Shown piece after piece: positions 13,965 to 24,754 of a DNA stretch of 64,000 nt; position 1 is the first letter of the stretch, and each line of letters starts with the position of its first letter. The stretch comes from Shigella phage KNP5. Made by a program: the position numbers and the translations under genes. The stretch lies in sequence record KX452698; one strand, 5' to 3'. The notes beneath the pieces are model-generated. The model searched no databases and was not told the origin of the DNA. It was given only the letters and a program-made list of their open reading frames with translations.

Positions 13965-16036
13965 TTATGGATAGGTATAGATGATACCAGTTTCTAAAGC
14001 AGTTTTATGAATGATGTATCCATTACGTGATTCTTGAACATCAACTTCTGGATAGTCTTTCATCATCTTCTGAAGGGTGTAACGGTGCAGGTAGTATTTA
14101 CTATCTGGATCTTCAGTTTTCCAATCTTTACCTTCTTCGGTCATTTTTTGGATTTCATCCATAACCCACCAACCGCACCAGATATAAGCTGAAGTACGAT
14201 GTGGAAGAGGATGAACATAAGGCAATTCACCTTCTGGTTCCGGAGCAACTTTATCAGTCACCTGAACTTGGCCTGTTGCTTTAACTGTTTTACTGTCATA
14301 GTCAGTTGCTGTAACGACAGCAGTAACTTCAATAGTTTGACTTCCAATAGATGAGGTATCGACAGTATATACGTTAGTTGACCCTTCCACAGGAGAAGAA
14401 TCTTTCTTCCATGAATAAGTAATTTGTGCTGCTTCAGGTGCTCCAGTAACATTAGCTGTAAATGTAGCCGAAGCATCTTGCTGAACGTTAATAGAAGGAG
14501 GAGTCAATGCAACCTGTGGATTCATTGTCTTCTTATTAACCGTCAGTGACACTTCGTTGGAAGTAACTTCCTTTTCATTGTAATTTTCTGCAGTTACTTG
14601 CGCTACACATTTAATTCTTTTTACTCCACTTGTAGTTGGAGTATAGTTAAATGTAGAGTTAGTTTCTCCACCAATTTGAGAATCATCTACATACCATTTA
14701 TATGTAGCAGTTGCGCCGTCGGGTTGAGAAGCTAAGGCAGCAGTAAATTGAACAGCTGTTCCAATTACTCCAGCTGGAGGACTAGCAGGAGTTACAGCTA
14801 AGGTAGTTGTCTGCNNNNNNNNNNNNNNNNNNNNNNNNNNNNNNNNNNNNNNNNNNNNNNNNNNNNNNNNNNNNNNNNNNNNNNNNNNNNNNNNNNNNNN
14901 NNNNNNNNNNNNNNNNNNNNNNNNNNNNNNNNNNNNNNNNNNNNNNNNNNNNNNNNNNNNNNNNNNNNNNNNNNNNNNNNNNNNNNNNNNNNNNNNNNNN
15001 NNNNNNNNNNNNNNNNNNNNNNNNNNNNNNNNNNNNNNNNNNNNNNNNNNNNNNNNNNNNNNNNNNNNNNNNNNNNNNNNNNNNNNNNNNNNNNNNNNNN
15101 NNNNNNNNNNNNNNNNNNNNNNNNNNNNNNNNNNNNNNNNNNNNNNNNNNNNNNNNNNNNNNNNNNNNNNNNNNNNNNNNNNNNNNNNNNNNNNNNNNNN
15201 NNNNNNNNNNNNNNNNNNNNNNNNNNNNNNNNNNNNNNNNNNNNNNNNNNNNNNNNNNNNNNNNNNNNNNNNNNNNNNNNNNNNNNNNNNNNNNNNNNNN
15301 NNNNNNNNNNNNNNNNNNNNNNNNNNNNNNNNNNNNNNNNNNNNNNNNNNNNNNNNNNNNNNNNNNNNNNNNNNNNNNNNNNNNNNNNNNNNNNNNNNNN
15401 NNNNNNNNNNNNNNNNNNNNNNNNNNNNNNNNNNNNNNNNNNNNNNNNNNNNNNNNNNNNNNNNNNNNNNNNNNNNNNNNNNNNNNNNNNNNNNNNNNNN
15501 NNNNNNNNNNNNNNNNNNNNNNNNNNNNNNNNNNNNNNNNNNNNNNNNNNNNNNNNNNNNNNNNNNNNNNNNNNNNNNNNNNNNNNNNNNNNNNNNNNNN
15601 NNNNNNNNNNNNNNNNNNNNNNNNNNNNNNNNNNNNNNNNNNNNNNNNNNNNNNNNNNNNNNNNNNNNNNNNNNNNNNNNNNNNNNNNNNNNNNNNNNNN
15701 NNNNNNNNNNNNNNNNNNNNNNNNNNNNNNNNNNNNNNNNNNNNNNNNNNNNNNNNNNNNNNNNNNNNNNNNNNNNNNNNNNNNNNNNNNNNNNNNNNNN
15801 NNNNCAGCTTCTGGAACTGTATTTGTTGCAACCACCTTAATAGTCTTTTGACCGGCAGGTCCTTTTAATACATAATCAAAAGTTGCTTCAGCTCCATCCT
15901 GTGGAACATTATCTACACTCCAAGCATAGGTAATAGTTCCACCTTCGGTTTGACCACTTGGTGCAGCAGTAAACTGCTTGGTTTCATCAATAACTCCAGT
16001 AGGTGTTTTAGGAGTTATATCAACTGTAAAAGCCAT
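13965..16036 (-). CDS. hoc: Hoc outer capsid protein (Ig-like domains), interrupted by N run
   Basis: N-terminus MAFTVDITPKTP... at 16036; C-terminal frame open from the gap edge to stop at 13965 (...GIIYTYP); the two sides are out of frame across the 1000 N. Confidence 0.85.
14805..15804. other. assembly gap: exactly 1000 N
   Basis: Run of n from 14805 to 15804 inside hoc. Confidence 0.99.
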
Positions 16037-16045
16037 AAGTTATCC

Positions 16046-16726
16046 TTATTTTAATGTTACGAAAGAAGAATTACGTGTTTCACGAATTAGAACTGATCCG
16101 TCACGATTAATGTAGTAAATTAAGCTAAACAAAGTTTGGTGTGCTGACGCGTGTTCAAAACTAGTTGGGTGAGATTTCCAATCCGGAGTTTCAGCAATCC
16201 ATTGGTAAATCCACCAAGGAACAGTGCAGAATCCTGGATTTTTTCCAATCAGCTGAAGATTTGGGCTAAAGTTTTCCGGAAGAGTAAATACAGACGGCTT
16301 TTCAGATTCAATAATCTCAGCTACAGCCTGTTCGAATTTTTCTTCAACAAAAGGAGTATCTTCAATCAAAACATCGGTATTTTCAGGAATTTTATCCGTT
16401 TCTACTACTTCAATTTTAATGTCAGATTTAACCGGAGAATCAATCAGAAGTGCTGCCTCTGGATTGACTTCTTCATCGTCATATTTTAATCCGTCTGCGG
16501 CATCAGCAGCATCAATTAAGTCTTTAATAGATAACCCATCAGTCTCTGGCATAGGTTCACTAGCGAGCTTCTGGAGGGCTTCTTCAATATCAATAACGAT
16601 ATTATCAAAAGATTTATTCTTTTTGACCTTTATACCAAACTGTTCAGCATATTCAGCTAATTTAGCTTTAGCTTCTTTATTATCATCAAGAGCCTTCAGC
16701 TCTGCAATATAATCTTTATCTATCAT
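16046..16726 (-). CDS. inh: Inh, inhibitor of prohead protease gp21
   Basis: 226-aa ORF at T4 inh position. Confidence 0.8.
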   Translation of the reverse strand: MIDKDYIAELKALDDNKEAKAKLAEYAEQFGIKVKKNKSFDNIVIDIEEALQKLASEPMPETDGLSIKDLIDAADAADGLKYDDEEVNPEAALLIDSPVKSDIKIEVVETDKIPENTDVLIEDTPFVEEKFEQAVAEIIESEKPSVFTLPENFSPNLQLIGKNPGFCTVPWWIYQWIAETPDWKSHPTSFEHASAHQTLFSLIYYINRDGSVLIRETRNSSFVTLK

Positions 16727-16741
16727 AATATTTCCTCAGTA

Positions 16742-16749
16742 TAAATATA
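16742..16749 (+). promoter_or_regulatory. late promoter TATAAATA (uvsW)
   Basis: exact TATAAATA 28 nt before uvsW ATG. Confidence 0.65.
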
Positions 16750-16776
16750 GATATATTTATTACATGGTATTTAGAC

Positions 16777-18288
16777 ATGACTGACATTAAAGTACATTTT
16801 TATGATTTTAGTCACGTGAGAATTGATTGTGAAGAAAGTACATTTCATGAACTCCGTGATTTCTTTAGCTTTGAAGCTGATGGGTATCGTTTTAATCCGA
16901 AGTACAAATATGGTCACTGGGATGGACGAATCCGTCTTTTAGATTATAATCGCCTTCTTCCATTCGGCTTAGTCGGGCAAATTAAAAAGTTCTGTGATAA
17001 CTTTGGCTATAAAGCCTGGATTGACCCGCAGATTAACGAAAAAGAAGAATTATCAAGAAAAGATTTTGATGAATGGCTTTCTAAATTAGAAATCTATTCA
17101 GGAAATAAAAGAATTGAACCACACTGGTATCAAAAAGATGCAGTGTTCGAAGGATTAGTTAATCGTCGTAGAATTCTTAATCTTCCAACATCCGCAGGTA
17201 AATCTTTAATTCAAGCTTTGCTCGCTCGGTATTATTTGGAAAATTATGAAGGCAAAATTCTTATCATTGTTCCAACAACTGCTCTGACAACTCAGATGGC
17301 TGATGACTTTGTTGACTATCGTTTATTCAGTCATGCAATGATAAAGAAAATTGGTGGTGGAGCATCAAAAGATGATAAATATAAAAATGATGCACCAGTC
17401 GTTGTTGGCACATGGCAAACTGTAGTAAAACAGCCAAAAGAATGGTTCTCACAGTTTGGAATGATGATGAACGATGAATGCCATCTTGCCACAGGAAAAA
17501 GTATTTCATCTATCATATCAGGTTTAAATAACTGTATGTTCAAATTTGGTTTGTCTGGTTCATTACGTGATGGCAAAGCCAATATCATGCAGTATGTTGG
17601 AATGTTTGGTGAAATATTTAAGCCAGTAACGACTTCTAAATTAATGGAAGATGGACAAGTAACTGAGTTAAAAATTAATAGCATTTTTCTTCGCTATCCC
17701 GATGAGTTCACTACTAAATTAAAGGGAAAAACTTATCAAGAAGAAATAAAAATTATTACTGGACTCAGTAAAAGAAATAAATGGATCGCTAAATTAGCTA
17801 TTAAGCTTGCACAAAAAGATGAAAACGCTTTTGTCATGTTTAAACACGTATCGCACGGTAAAGCTATTTTCGATTTAATTAAAAATGAATACGATAAAGT
17901 TTATTACGTATCAGGGGAAGTTGATACCGAAACACGCAACGTAATGAAAACCTTAGCTGAAAACGGTAAAGGAATAATTATAGTAGCTAGTTATGGCGTA
18001 TTTTCTACTGGTATTTCAGTTAAAAATCTGCATCACGTTGTTTTAGCACACGGTGTTAAATCTAAAATTATTGTATTGCAAACAATAGGTCGCGTATTAC
18101 GTAAGCATGGTTCTAAAACAATCGCAACGGTCTGGGACCTCATCGATGATTGCGGTGTTAAGCCAAAATCTGCTAATACGAAAAAGAAATACGTTCATTT
18201 GAACTATCTTTTAAAACATGGCATTGATCGTATTCAGCGCTACGCAGATGAAAAATTTAATTACGTAATGAAAACAGTTAATTTATAA
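16777..18288 (+). CDS. uvsW: UvsW helicase
   Basis: 503-aa ORF; Walker A LPTSAGKS, DECH box; late promoter upstream. Confidence 0.93.
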   Translation: MTDIKVHFYDFSHVRIDCEESTFHELRDFFSFEADGYRFNPKYKYGHWDGRIRLLDYNRLLPFGLVGQIKKFCDNFGYKAWIDPQINEKEELSRKDFDEWLSKLEIYSGNKRIEPHWYQKDAVFEGLVNRRRILNLPTSAGKSLIQALLARYYLENYEGKILIIVPTTALTTQMADDFVDYRLFSHAMIKKIGGGASKDDKYKNDAPVVVGTWQTVVKQPKEWFSQFGMMMNDECHLATGKSISSIISGLNNCMFKFGLSGSLRDGKANIMQYVGMFGEIFKPVTTSKLMEDGQVTELKINSIFLRYPDEFTTKLKGKTYQEEIKIITGLSKRNKWIAKLAIKLAQKDENAFVMFKHVSHGKAIFDLIKNEYDKVYYVSGEVDTETRNVMKTLAENGKGIIIVASYGVFSTGISVKNLHHVVLAHGVKSKIIVLQTIGRVLRKHGSKTIATVWDLIDDCGVKPKSANTKKKYVHLNYLLKHGIDRIQRYADEKFNYVMKTVNL

Positions 18289-18302
18289 GGGCTTCGGCCC
18301 TT
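18287..18302 (+). other. UUCG-capped hairpin between uvsW and uvsW.1
   Basis: AAGGGC-TTCG-GCCCTT immediately after the uvsW stop. Confidence 0.55.
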
Positions 18303-18313
18303 TGGAGAAAAAA

Positions 18314-18544
18314 ATGTTACTAGAATTTAAACAATTTCTTTATGAAGCTTCTATTGATGAATTTATGGGTAAAATTGCCTCTTGTCAAACAATAGAAGGT
18401 CTAGAAGAACTTGAAGCTTATTATAAGAAAAGAGTTAAAGAAACTGAATTAAAAGATACTGATGACATCTCAGTCAGAGATGCTTTGGCAGGAAAAAGAG
18501 CTGAATTAGAAGATTCAGACGATGAAGTAGAAGAAAGCTTTTAA
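18314..18544 (+). CDS. uvsW.1: UvsW.1 small acidic protein
   Basis: ATG 18314 after SD GGAG gives 76 aa (MLLEFKQF...); ORF-track start 18302 is TTG. Confidence 0.8.
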   Translation: MLLEFKQFLYEASIDEFMGKIASCQTIEGLEELEAYYKKRVKETELKDTDDISVRDALAGKRAELEDSDDEVEESF

Positions 18545-18599
18545 ATTAAAAAAGGCCCAACCAAAAAGGAAGGGCCAAAACTATAGACTAAAGGTCACA

Positions 18600-18767
18600 C
18601 TATAGCAAAAGTTGCGTTTCATTTAATTGTTCTTCCGAACTTTCTGAAACTGGTAGTTCTTTAATGTAATTATAACAAGGCCCAGGATGTACAGGACCTT
18701 TGTCTGTTTCAACAACCAATGCAGAATCGATTGGAGTTTTACAGACAACACAAATCTTATCTGACAT
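18600..18767 (-). CDS. small Cys/His-containing protein (55 aa), below ORF-track threshold
   Basis: ATG 18767 with SD GAGGAGA 5 nt upstream; MSDKICVVCKTPIDSALVVETDKGPVHPGPCYNY...; stop TAG 18600-18602. Confidence 0.55.
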   Translation of the reverse strand: MSDKICVVCKTPIDSALVVETDKGPVHPGPCYNYIKELPVSESSEEQLNETQLLL

Positions 18768-18795
18768 GATTGTCTCCTCTAAATTATATATCTAT

Positions 18796-19020
18796 TTATA
18801 TAACTCTCATATGCATATCAATGCCCATATCTTTAGAATAAAAATATTCATCAAGATATCCAGCAAATTTTCCTTTAATATAAAGTACATCTTCACCGCA
18901 TGGATGGTCGGCCAGGATACGAATATCCTGACGCTTGAGATTATACTTTTTCATTAAGAATTGAATTTCCGTTTCGAATTCTTCTTCATAATTAAAAGCA
19001 TCATCAATGCTATATTTCAT
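18796..19020 (-). CDS. hypothetical protein upstream-adjacent to uvsY
   Basis: 74-aa ORF; start overlaps uvsY stop. Confidence 0.65.
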   Translation of the reverse strand: MKYSIDDAFNYEEEFETEIQFLMKKYNLKRQDIRILADHPCGEDVLYIKGKFAGYLDEYFYSKDMGIDMHMRVI

Positions 19021-19433
19021 TATTTTCCAGCCTCAAATGCTCGCATGTCTTGAATATGCTTAATAGCAAATCCGCGTGATTTAATAGCATCAAGAGCTCC
19101 GCTACAGAAATCCAATAAAATTCCCCAATATTGCAATGAAGTATCAACTTTTAAAACATCCTTATCAGCTGATAGAACTGTCTTCATTTCTGATTTCTCA
19201 TAACGGTCCATACTAAATTCATCACCATCTCCTCGTCCCGAGTAGTAGTCTAATCTAGCTTTAAGAGCAACTTTTTTCTGTGCGTCAATTCTAAGCATTT
19301 CCTTTTTAATACTTGAATGCTTATTAAGCCATTTACTATATAACATCACATTATTAGCTGCTTCATACTGTAATTTAGTCGAATCTATAAACACATCTTT
19401 CTTCAATTCTTCTTGAAGATCTTCTAATTTCAT
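19020..19433 (-). CDS. uvsY: UvsY recombination mediator
   Basis: 137-aa ORF, T4 UvsY length; MotA-box middle promoter upstream. Confidence 0.93.
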   Translation of the reverse strand: MKLEDLQEELKKDVFIDSTKLQYEAANNVMLYSKWLNKHSSIKKEMLRIDAQKKVALKARLDYYSGRGDGDEFSMDRYEKSEMKTVLSADKDVLKVDTSLQYWGILLDFCSGALDAIKSRGFAIKHIQDMRAFEAGK

Positions 19434-19473
19434 ATTGTTCTCTATTCAATTGTTATTGGATGGACTTAGATTC

Positions 19474-19501
19474 ATTATACCACGTTTATACGTGAAGCAT
19501 T
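19474..19501 (-). promoter_or_regulatory. MotA-dependent middle promoter (uvsY)
   Basis: minus strand AATGCTTCA (MotA box), 13 nt, TATAAT; box overlaps gp25 stop. Confidence 0.6.
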
Positions 19502-19898
19502 ATACTCTGTTACTGGAAGCCAGTTGTAGTTTTATCTGCTCAATATCATCAGGGTTATCGATGACTGAAAAGCGTATTTCTACTATCAGAGTATAATCAT
19601 CATAAACTGGTATTACATTAACTGCTAATTTATCAATACGTGGCTCGTAGTTTCTTACTGCGCTTTCAATGTTACGCTCAACAGTATCAGCAGTAAGAGG
19701 AGTCATATTCTCAAAAAGCTGATCAGATAAATCGCATCCAAATTCTGGGTCAAATGGCCTTGACCCTTTTCTAGTTGTAATAATTCCTAAAAGGCTATTT
19801 TTAATTGACCTTAATCCAAGGGATCTGGAAACGTCTTTGTCCCAATCCATTTTCATTTCTGGGTCAATGTCAGAATAAAGCTTATTAATATTTGCCAT
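19500..19898 (-). CDS. 25: baseplate wedge protein gp25
   Basis: 132-aa ORF, T4 gp25 length. Confidence 0.93.
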   Translation of the reverse strand: MANINKLYSDIDPEMKMDWDKDVSRSLGLRSIKNSLLGIITTRKGSRPFDPEFGCDLSDQLFENMTPLTADTVERNIESAVRNYEPRIDKLAVNVIPVYDDYTLIVEIRFSVIDNPDDIEQIKLQLASSNRV

Positions 19899-20524
19899 TA
19901 CAATAGCTCAAAGAATTCTTTGAGTCCTCTTATTACATGAGCGTGAGTTTTTCCACACTCTGGACACTTAATTGGAACAGCCAAATAAACAGTAGGCTTT
20001 AAAAGCATATCTTTTATAGCTACAATATCTGACTCTGTGATGATAGAATATAAATCTTCCAGTTCTTTTTCATTTAAGTCTTCAACTGGAATGCTTTCAC
20101 CGTTAGCATGAATCGTTTCTATACATGATACTATCATGTGGGCTATATTTTTATCATCAAAAATTTTAGGGTAATGGAACTTAATTTTGATATTACCTAG
20201 TGTATACCAGAGGTCTTCTGGTGCATCTACTTGCGTATGTAATAGATTTATATGGGTTGGTATTTCAGTTCCACAGGTGCACTTCCAGGAGTTTTCGTGA
20301 TTAACTTCTCCAAGAGAATGCGCCCATAAATGAATCAGCAGTAGTTCTGATTCTTGGCGGTTTAAATCTTTTGCATTTGTGCATTCTTTGATTAGCTTTT
20401 TAACGATCTCTTCTACTGAACCGTTCTTTTTAGCAGTAATAAGCTCTAGATATTCTTTAAGAGTAAATGCGCGGCAGTTGATTATTTTAGAACCAACTCT
20501 CACATCAAATTTGTATTCATACAT
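19898..20524 (-). CDS. 26: baseplate hub protein gp26
   Basis: 208-aa ORF; ATGA coupling to gp25. Confidence 0.9.
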   Translation of the reverse strand: MYEYKFDVRVGSKIINCRAFTLKEYLELITAKKNGSVEEIVKKLIKECTNAKDLNRQESELLLIHLWAHSLGEVNHENSWKCTCGTEIPTHINLLHTQVDAPEDLWYTLGNIKIKFHYPKIFDDKNIAHMIVSCIETIHANGESIPVEDLNEKELEDLYSIITESDIVAIKDMLLKPTVYLAVPIKCPECGKTHAHVIRGLKEFFELL

Positions 20525-20545
20525 ATTTAGCTCCTTTATTTATCA

Positions 20546-20557
20546 TATTTATAAATA
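20546..20557. promoter_or_regulatory. bidirectional late promoter palindrome TATTTATAAATA (gene 26 leftward, gene 51 rightward)
   Basis: perfect 12-nt palindrome reads TATAAATA on both strands between divergent genes 26 and 51. Confidence 0.65.
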
Positions 20558-20574
20558 GAATAAAAGGAGCATCT

Positions 20575-21324
20575 ATGGCAAACATTATTCGTTGTAAATT
20601 ACCAGATGGTGTTCATCGTTTTAAACCATTTACGGTAGAAGATTATCGAGATTTTTTGTTAGTTCGAAACGATATAGAACATCGGTCACCACAAGAACAA
20701 AAAGAAATAATTGCTGATTTAATTGCTGATTATTTTGGAGACTATCCGAAGACTTGGCAACCATTTATATTTTTACAGGTATTTGTAGGGTCAATAGGCA
20801 AAACTAAAGTACCGGTCACATTTGTATGCCCAAAATGTAAAAAAGAAAAGACAGTTCCATTTGAAATATATCAAAAAGAATTAAAGGAACCTATTTTTGA
20901 CGTAGCTAATGTTAGAATTAAATTAAATTTTCCTTCTGAGTTTTATGAAAATAAAGCAAAGATGATTACTGAAAATATTCATTCTGTTCAAGTAGATGAA
21001 ATATGGTATGATTGGAAGGAAATTAGTGAATCAAGTCAAATAGAACTTGTTGACGCTATTGAGATAGAAACATTAGAAAAAATTCTCGATGCAATGAATC
21101 CTATTAATTTAACACTGCATATGTCGTGTTGTAATAAGTATGTAAAAAAATACACTGATATAGTAGATGTGTTTAAGCTATTAGTTAATCCAGATGAGAT
21201 ATTTACTTTTTATCAAATCAATCACACGCTCGTAAAAAGTAATTATAGCTTAAATTCAATAATGAAAATGATTCCTGCTGAGCGCGGATTCGTATTAAAA
21301 CTGATTGAGAAGGATAAACAATAA
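20575..21324 (+). CDS. 51: baseplate hub assembly protein gp51
   Basis: 249-aa ORF divergent from gp26. Confidence 0.9.
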   Translation: MANIIRCKLPDGVHRFKPFTVEDYRDFLLVRNDIEHRSPQEQKEIIADLIADYFGDYPKTWQPFIFLQVFVGSIGKTKVPVTFVCPKCKKEKTVPFEIYQKELKEPIFDVANVRIKLNFPSEFYENKAKMITENIHSVQVDEIWYDWKEISESSQIELVDAIEIETLEKILDAMNPINLTLHMSCCNKYVKKYTDIVDVFKLLVNPDEIFTFYQINHTLVKSNYSLNSIMKMIPAERGFVLKLIEKDKQ

Positions 21325-22499
21325 TGAGTATGTTGCAACGCCCCGGATATCCAAATCTCAGCGTTAAATTATTTGAGAGTTATGACGCTTGGAGTAATAA
21401 TAGATTTGTTGAATTAGCTGCTACTATTACCACATTAACTATGCGGGATTCTCTTTATGGTCGAAATGAAGGAATGCTACAGTTTTATGATTCTAAAAAT
21501 ATCCATACAAAAATGGATGGAAATGAAATAATTCAGATTTCTGTAGCTAACGCAAACGATATTAATAATGTTAAAACACGAATTTATGGATGTAAGCATT
21601 TTTCTGTATCTGTAGATTCAAAGGGCGATAACATCATTGCTATTGAATTGGGAACTATTCATTCCATAGAAAATCTTAAATTTGGCAGACCGTTTTTCTC
21701 TGATGTAGGTGAATCTATAAAGGAAATGCTTGGCGTCATTTACCAGGATCGCACATTATTAACTCCAGCAATAAATGCTATAAATGCTTATGTTCCTGAT
21801 ATTCCATGGACTAGCACATTTGAAAACTATTTGTCATATGTCAGAGAAGTTGCTCTAGCTGTAGGAAGTGACAAATTTGTATTTGTATGGCAAGACATCA
21901 TGGGAGTTAACATGATGGACTATGATATGATGATAAATCAAGAACCATATCCAATGATTGTCGGTGAGCCATCTTTAATAGGTCAATTCATCCAAGAATT
22001 AAAATATCCATTAGCATATGATTTCGTTTGGTTGACTAAATCGAATCCTCACAAACGTGACCCAATGAAAAATGCTACTATCTATGCTCATTCATTTTTA
22101 GATTCTTCATTGCCAATGATTACTACAGGAAAGGGCGAAAACTCTATTGTAGTGTCCAGATCAGGTGCTTATTCTGAAATGACTTATAGGAATGGCTATG
22201 AAGAAGCTATTCGTCTTCAAACTATGGCGCAATATGACGGCTATGCTAAATGTTCTACTGTCGGTAATTTTAACTTGACTCCTGGCGTTAAAATTATTTT
22301 TAATGATAGTAAAAACCAATTTAAAACAGAATTTTACGTTGATGAAGTTATCCATGAATTATCCAATAATAATTCAGTAACTCATCTATATATGTTCACT
22401 AATGCAACGAAACTGGAAACAATAGACCCAGTTAAGGTTAAAAATGAATTTAAATCTGATACTACCACTGAAGAAAGTAGTTCTTCCAATAAGCAATAA
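21324..22499 (+). CDS. 27: baseplate hub protein gp27
   Basis: 391-aa ORF; ATAATG coupling to gp51. Confidence 0.93.
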   Translation: MSMLQRPGYPNLSVKLFESYDAWSNNRFVELAATITTLTMRDSLYGRNEGMLQFYDSKNIHTKMDGNEIIQISVANANDINNVKTRIYGCKHFSVSVDSKGDNIIAIELGTIHSIENLKFGRPFFSDVGESIKEMLGVIYQDRTLLTPAINAINAYVPDIPWTSTFENYLSYVREVALAVGSDKFVFVWQDIMGVNMMDYDMMINQEPYPMIVGEPSLIGQFIQELKYPLAYDFVWLTKSNPHKRDPMKNATIYAHSFLDSSLPMITTGKGENSIVVSRSGAYSEMTYRNGYEEAIRLQTMAQYDGYAKCSTVGNFNLTPGVKIIFNDSKNQFKTEFYVDEVIHELSNNNSVTHLYMFTNATKLETIDPVKVKNEFKSDTTTEESSSSNKQ

Positions 22500-22977
22500 A
22501 GAAGTTTCTATTCCTAAAATGGGTCTTAAACATTATAGCATTTTAAAAGATGTTAAAGGTCCTGATGAAAATTTAAAACTTCTTATTGATTCTATTTGTC
22601 CGAATTTATCACCAGCAGAAGTTGATTTCGTTTCCATTCATTTATTGGAATTTAATGGAAAGATTAAATCCCGTAAAGAAATAGATGGTTATACTTATGA
22701 CATTAATGATGTTTATGTGTGCCAAAGATTAGAATTTCAATACCAAGGAAATACATTTTATTTTAGACCTCCTGGAAAATTTGAGCAATTTTTGACAGTA
22801 AGCGATATGTTATCTAAATGCTTGCTTAAGGTCAATGATGAAGTTAAAGAAATTAATTTTCTTGAGATGCCAGCATTTGTATTAAAATGGGCAAATGATA
22901 TTTCTACAACTTTAGCAATTCCTGGCCCTAATGGTCCAATAACTGGAATTGGCAATATTATTGGATTATTTGAATGA
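22444..22977 (+). CDS. 28: baseplate hub distal protein gp28
   Basis: 177-aa ORF overlapping gp27 3' end. Confidence 0.85.
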   Translation: MNLNLILPLKKVVLPISNKEVSIPKMGLKHYSILKDVKGPDENLKLLIDSICPNLSPAEVDFVSIHLLEFNGKIKSRKEIDGYTYDINDVYVCQRLEFQYQGNTFYFRPPGKFEQFLTVSDMLSKCLLKVNDEVKEINFLEMPAFVLKWANDISTTLAIPGPNGPITGIGNIIGLFE

Positions 22978-24746
22978 AAAAGCCACAAGAAATGCAAACG
23001 ATGCGTAGAAAAGTTATTTCAGATAATAAACCAGTTCAGGAAGCGGCTAAATCCGCTTCTAATACTTTATCTGGACTTAACGATATATCTACGAAATTGG
23101 ATGATGCTCAAGCTGCTTCTGAATTAATTGCTCAAACTGTCGAAGAAAAATCGAATGAAATAATTGGAGCAATTGACAATGTAGAAAGCGCAGTGAGTGA
23201 TACTACTGCTGGTTCTGAGTTAATTGCTGAAACTGTTGAAATTGGCAATAATATTAATAAAGAAATCGGCGAATCGCTCGGGAGCAAATTAGATAAATTA
23301 ACAAGTTTACTAGAGCAAAAAATTCAGACAGCTGGAATTCAACAGACTGGAACTAGTTTAGCCACGGTTGAAAGCGCTATTCCTGTTAAAGTTGTTGAGG
23401 ACGATACAGCTGAATCTGTGGGTCCTTTATTACCGGCTCCTGAAGCAGTTAATAATGATCCTGATGCTGATTTTTTCCCTACCCCTCAGCCAGTTGAACC
23501 CAAACAAGAATCGCCAGAAGAAAAACAGAAAAAAGAAGCATTTAATTTAAAATTATCTCAAGCTTTAGATAAATTAACAAAGACTGTTGATTTTGGATTT
23601 AAAAAATCCATTTCAATTACTGATAAAATATCAAGCATGCTATTTAAGTATACTGTCAGTGCTGCTATTGAAGCTGCTAAAATGGTTGCATTAATAATGG
23701 CTGTTGTTATTGGAATAGACCTACTGATGGTTCATTTTAAATATTGGTCAGATAAATTTTCAAAAGCCTGGGATTTGTTTAGCACTGATTTTAAAACTTT
23801 TTCAAGCGAAACCGGAACTTGGGGTCCTTTATTACAGAGCATCTTTGAATCTATTGATGAAATTAAAAAGTTCTGGGAAGCTGGAGACTGGGGTGGATTG
23901 ACAGTAGCTATTGTGGAAGGACTTGGAAGTGTTCTTTATAATTTAGGAGAACTTATTCAACTTGGAATGGCTAAATTATCAGCAGCAATTCTTCGAGTTA
24001 TTCCTGGTATGAAGGATACCGCTGATGAAGTAGAAGGAAGAGCATTAGAAAATTTCCAAAATTCTACTGGAGCATCTCTCAATAAAGAAGACCAAGAAAA
24101 AGTAGCAAATTATCAAGATAAACGAATGAATGACGATCTTGGTCCAATAGCAAAAGGATTAGATAAAATTGCTAATTGGAAAACCCGTGCATCTAACTGG
24201 ATTCGTGGTGTTGATAATAAAGAAGCATTGACAACCGATGAAGAACGCGCAGCAGAAGAAGAAAAATTAAAGCAACTTTCACCAGAAGAAAGAAAAAATG
24301 CTTTAATGAAGGCTAATGAAGCTCGGGCCGCGATGATTCGTTTTGAAAAATACGCTGATTCTGCTGATATGAGTAAAGACTCAACGGTTAAATCAGTTGA
24401 AGCTGCTTATGAAGACCTTAAAAAACGAATGGATGACCCGGATTTAAATAATTCACCTGCAGTTAAAAAGGAGCTTGCTTCTAGATTTGCTAAAATTGAT
24501 GCTACTTATCAAGAGCTTAAGAAAAATCAACCTGAGGCCAAACCTGAAACTTCTGCTAAATCGCCAGAAGCAAAACAAGTCCAGGTAATAGAAAAGAACA
24601 AAGCGCAACAAGCTCCTGTTCAACAAGCATCTCCTTCAATCAATAATACTAATAATGTTATTAAGAAAAATACTGTCGTTCATAATATGACACCTGTTAC
24701 GAGTACAACTGCTCCTGGTGTATTTGGCGCGACTGGAGTTAATTAA
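22974..24746 (+). CDS. 29: baseplate hub / tail length determinant gp29
   Basis: 590-aa ORF, T4 gp29 length. Confidence 0.92.
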   Translation: MKKPQEMQTMRRKVISDNKPVQEAAKSASNTLSGLNDISTKLDDAQAASELIAQTVEEKSNEIIGAIDNVESAVSDTTAGSELIAETVEIGNNINKEIGESLGSKLDKLTSLLEQKIQTAGIQQTGTSLATVESAIPVKVVEDDTAESVGPLLPAPEAVNNDPDADFFPTPQPVEPKQESPEEKQKKEAFNLKLSQALDKLTKTVDFGFKKSISITDKISSMLFKYTVSAAIEAAKMVALIMAVVIGIDLLMVHFKYWSDKFSKAWDLFSTDFKTFSSETGTWGPLLQSIFESIDEIKKFWEAGDWGGLTVAIVEGLGSVLYNLGELIQLGMAKLSAAILRVIPGMKDTADEVEGRALENFQNSTGASLNKEDQEKVANYQDKRMNDDLGPIAKGLDKIANWKTRASNWIRGVDNKEALTTDEERAAEEEKLKQLSPEERKNALMKANEARAAMIRFEKYADSADMSKDSTVKSVEAAYEDLKKRMDDPDLNNSPAVKKELASRFAKIDATYQELKKNQPEAKPETSAKSPEAKQVQVIEKNKAQQAPVQQASPSINNTNNVIKKNTVVHNMTPVTSTTAPGVFGATGVN

Positions 24747-24754
24747 GGAATAAT

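Noticed and set aside
14782-16036. X-filled ORFs spanning the N run (14782-15831, 14798-16036, 14807-15868)
   Set aside because: They are artefacts of translating N; only the flanking hoc ends are real.
18545-18599. Possible terminator between convergent uvsW.1 and the 55-aa ORF
   Set aside because: Only a 5-bp GGCCC/GGGCC stem with a 13-nt loop; too weak to call.
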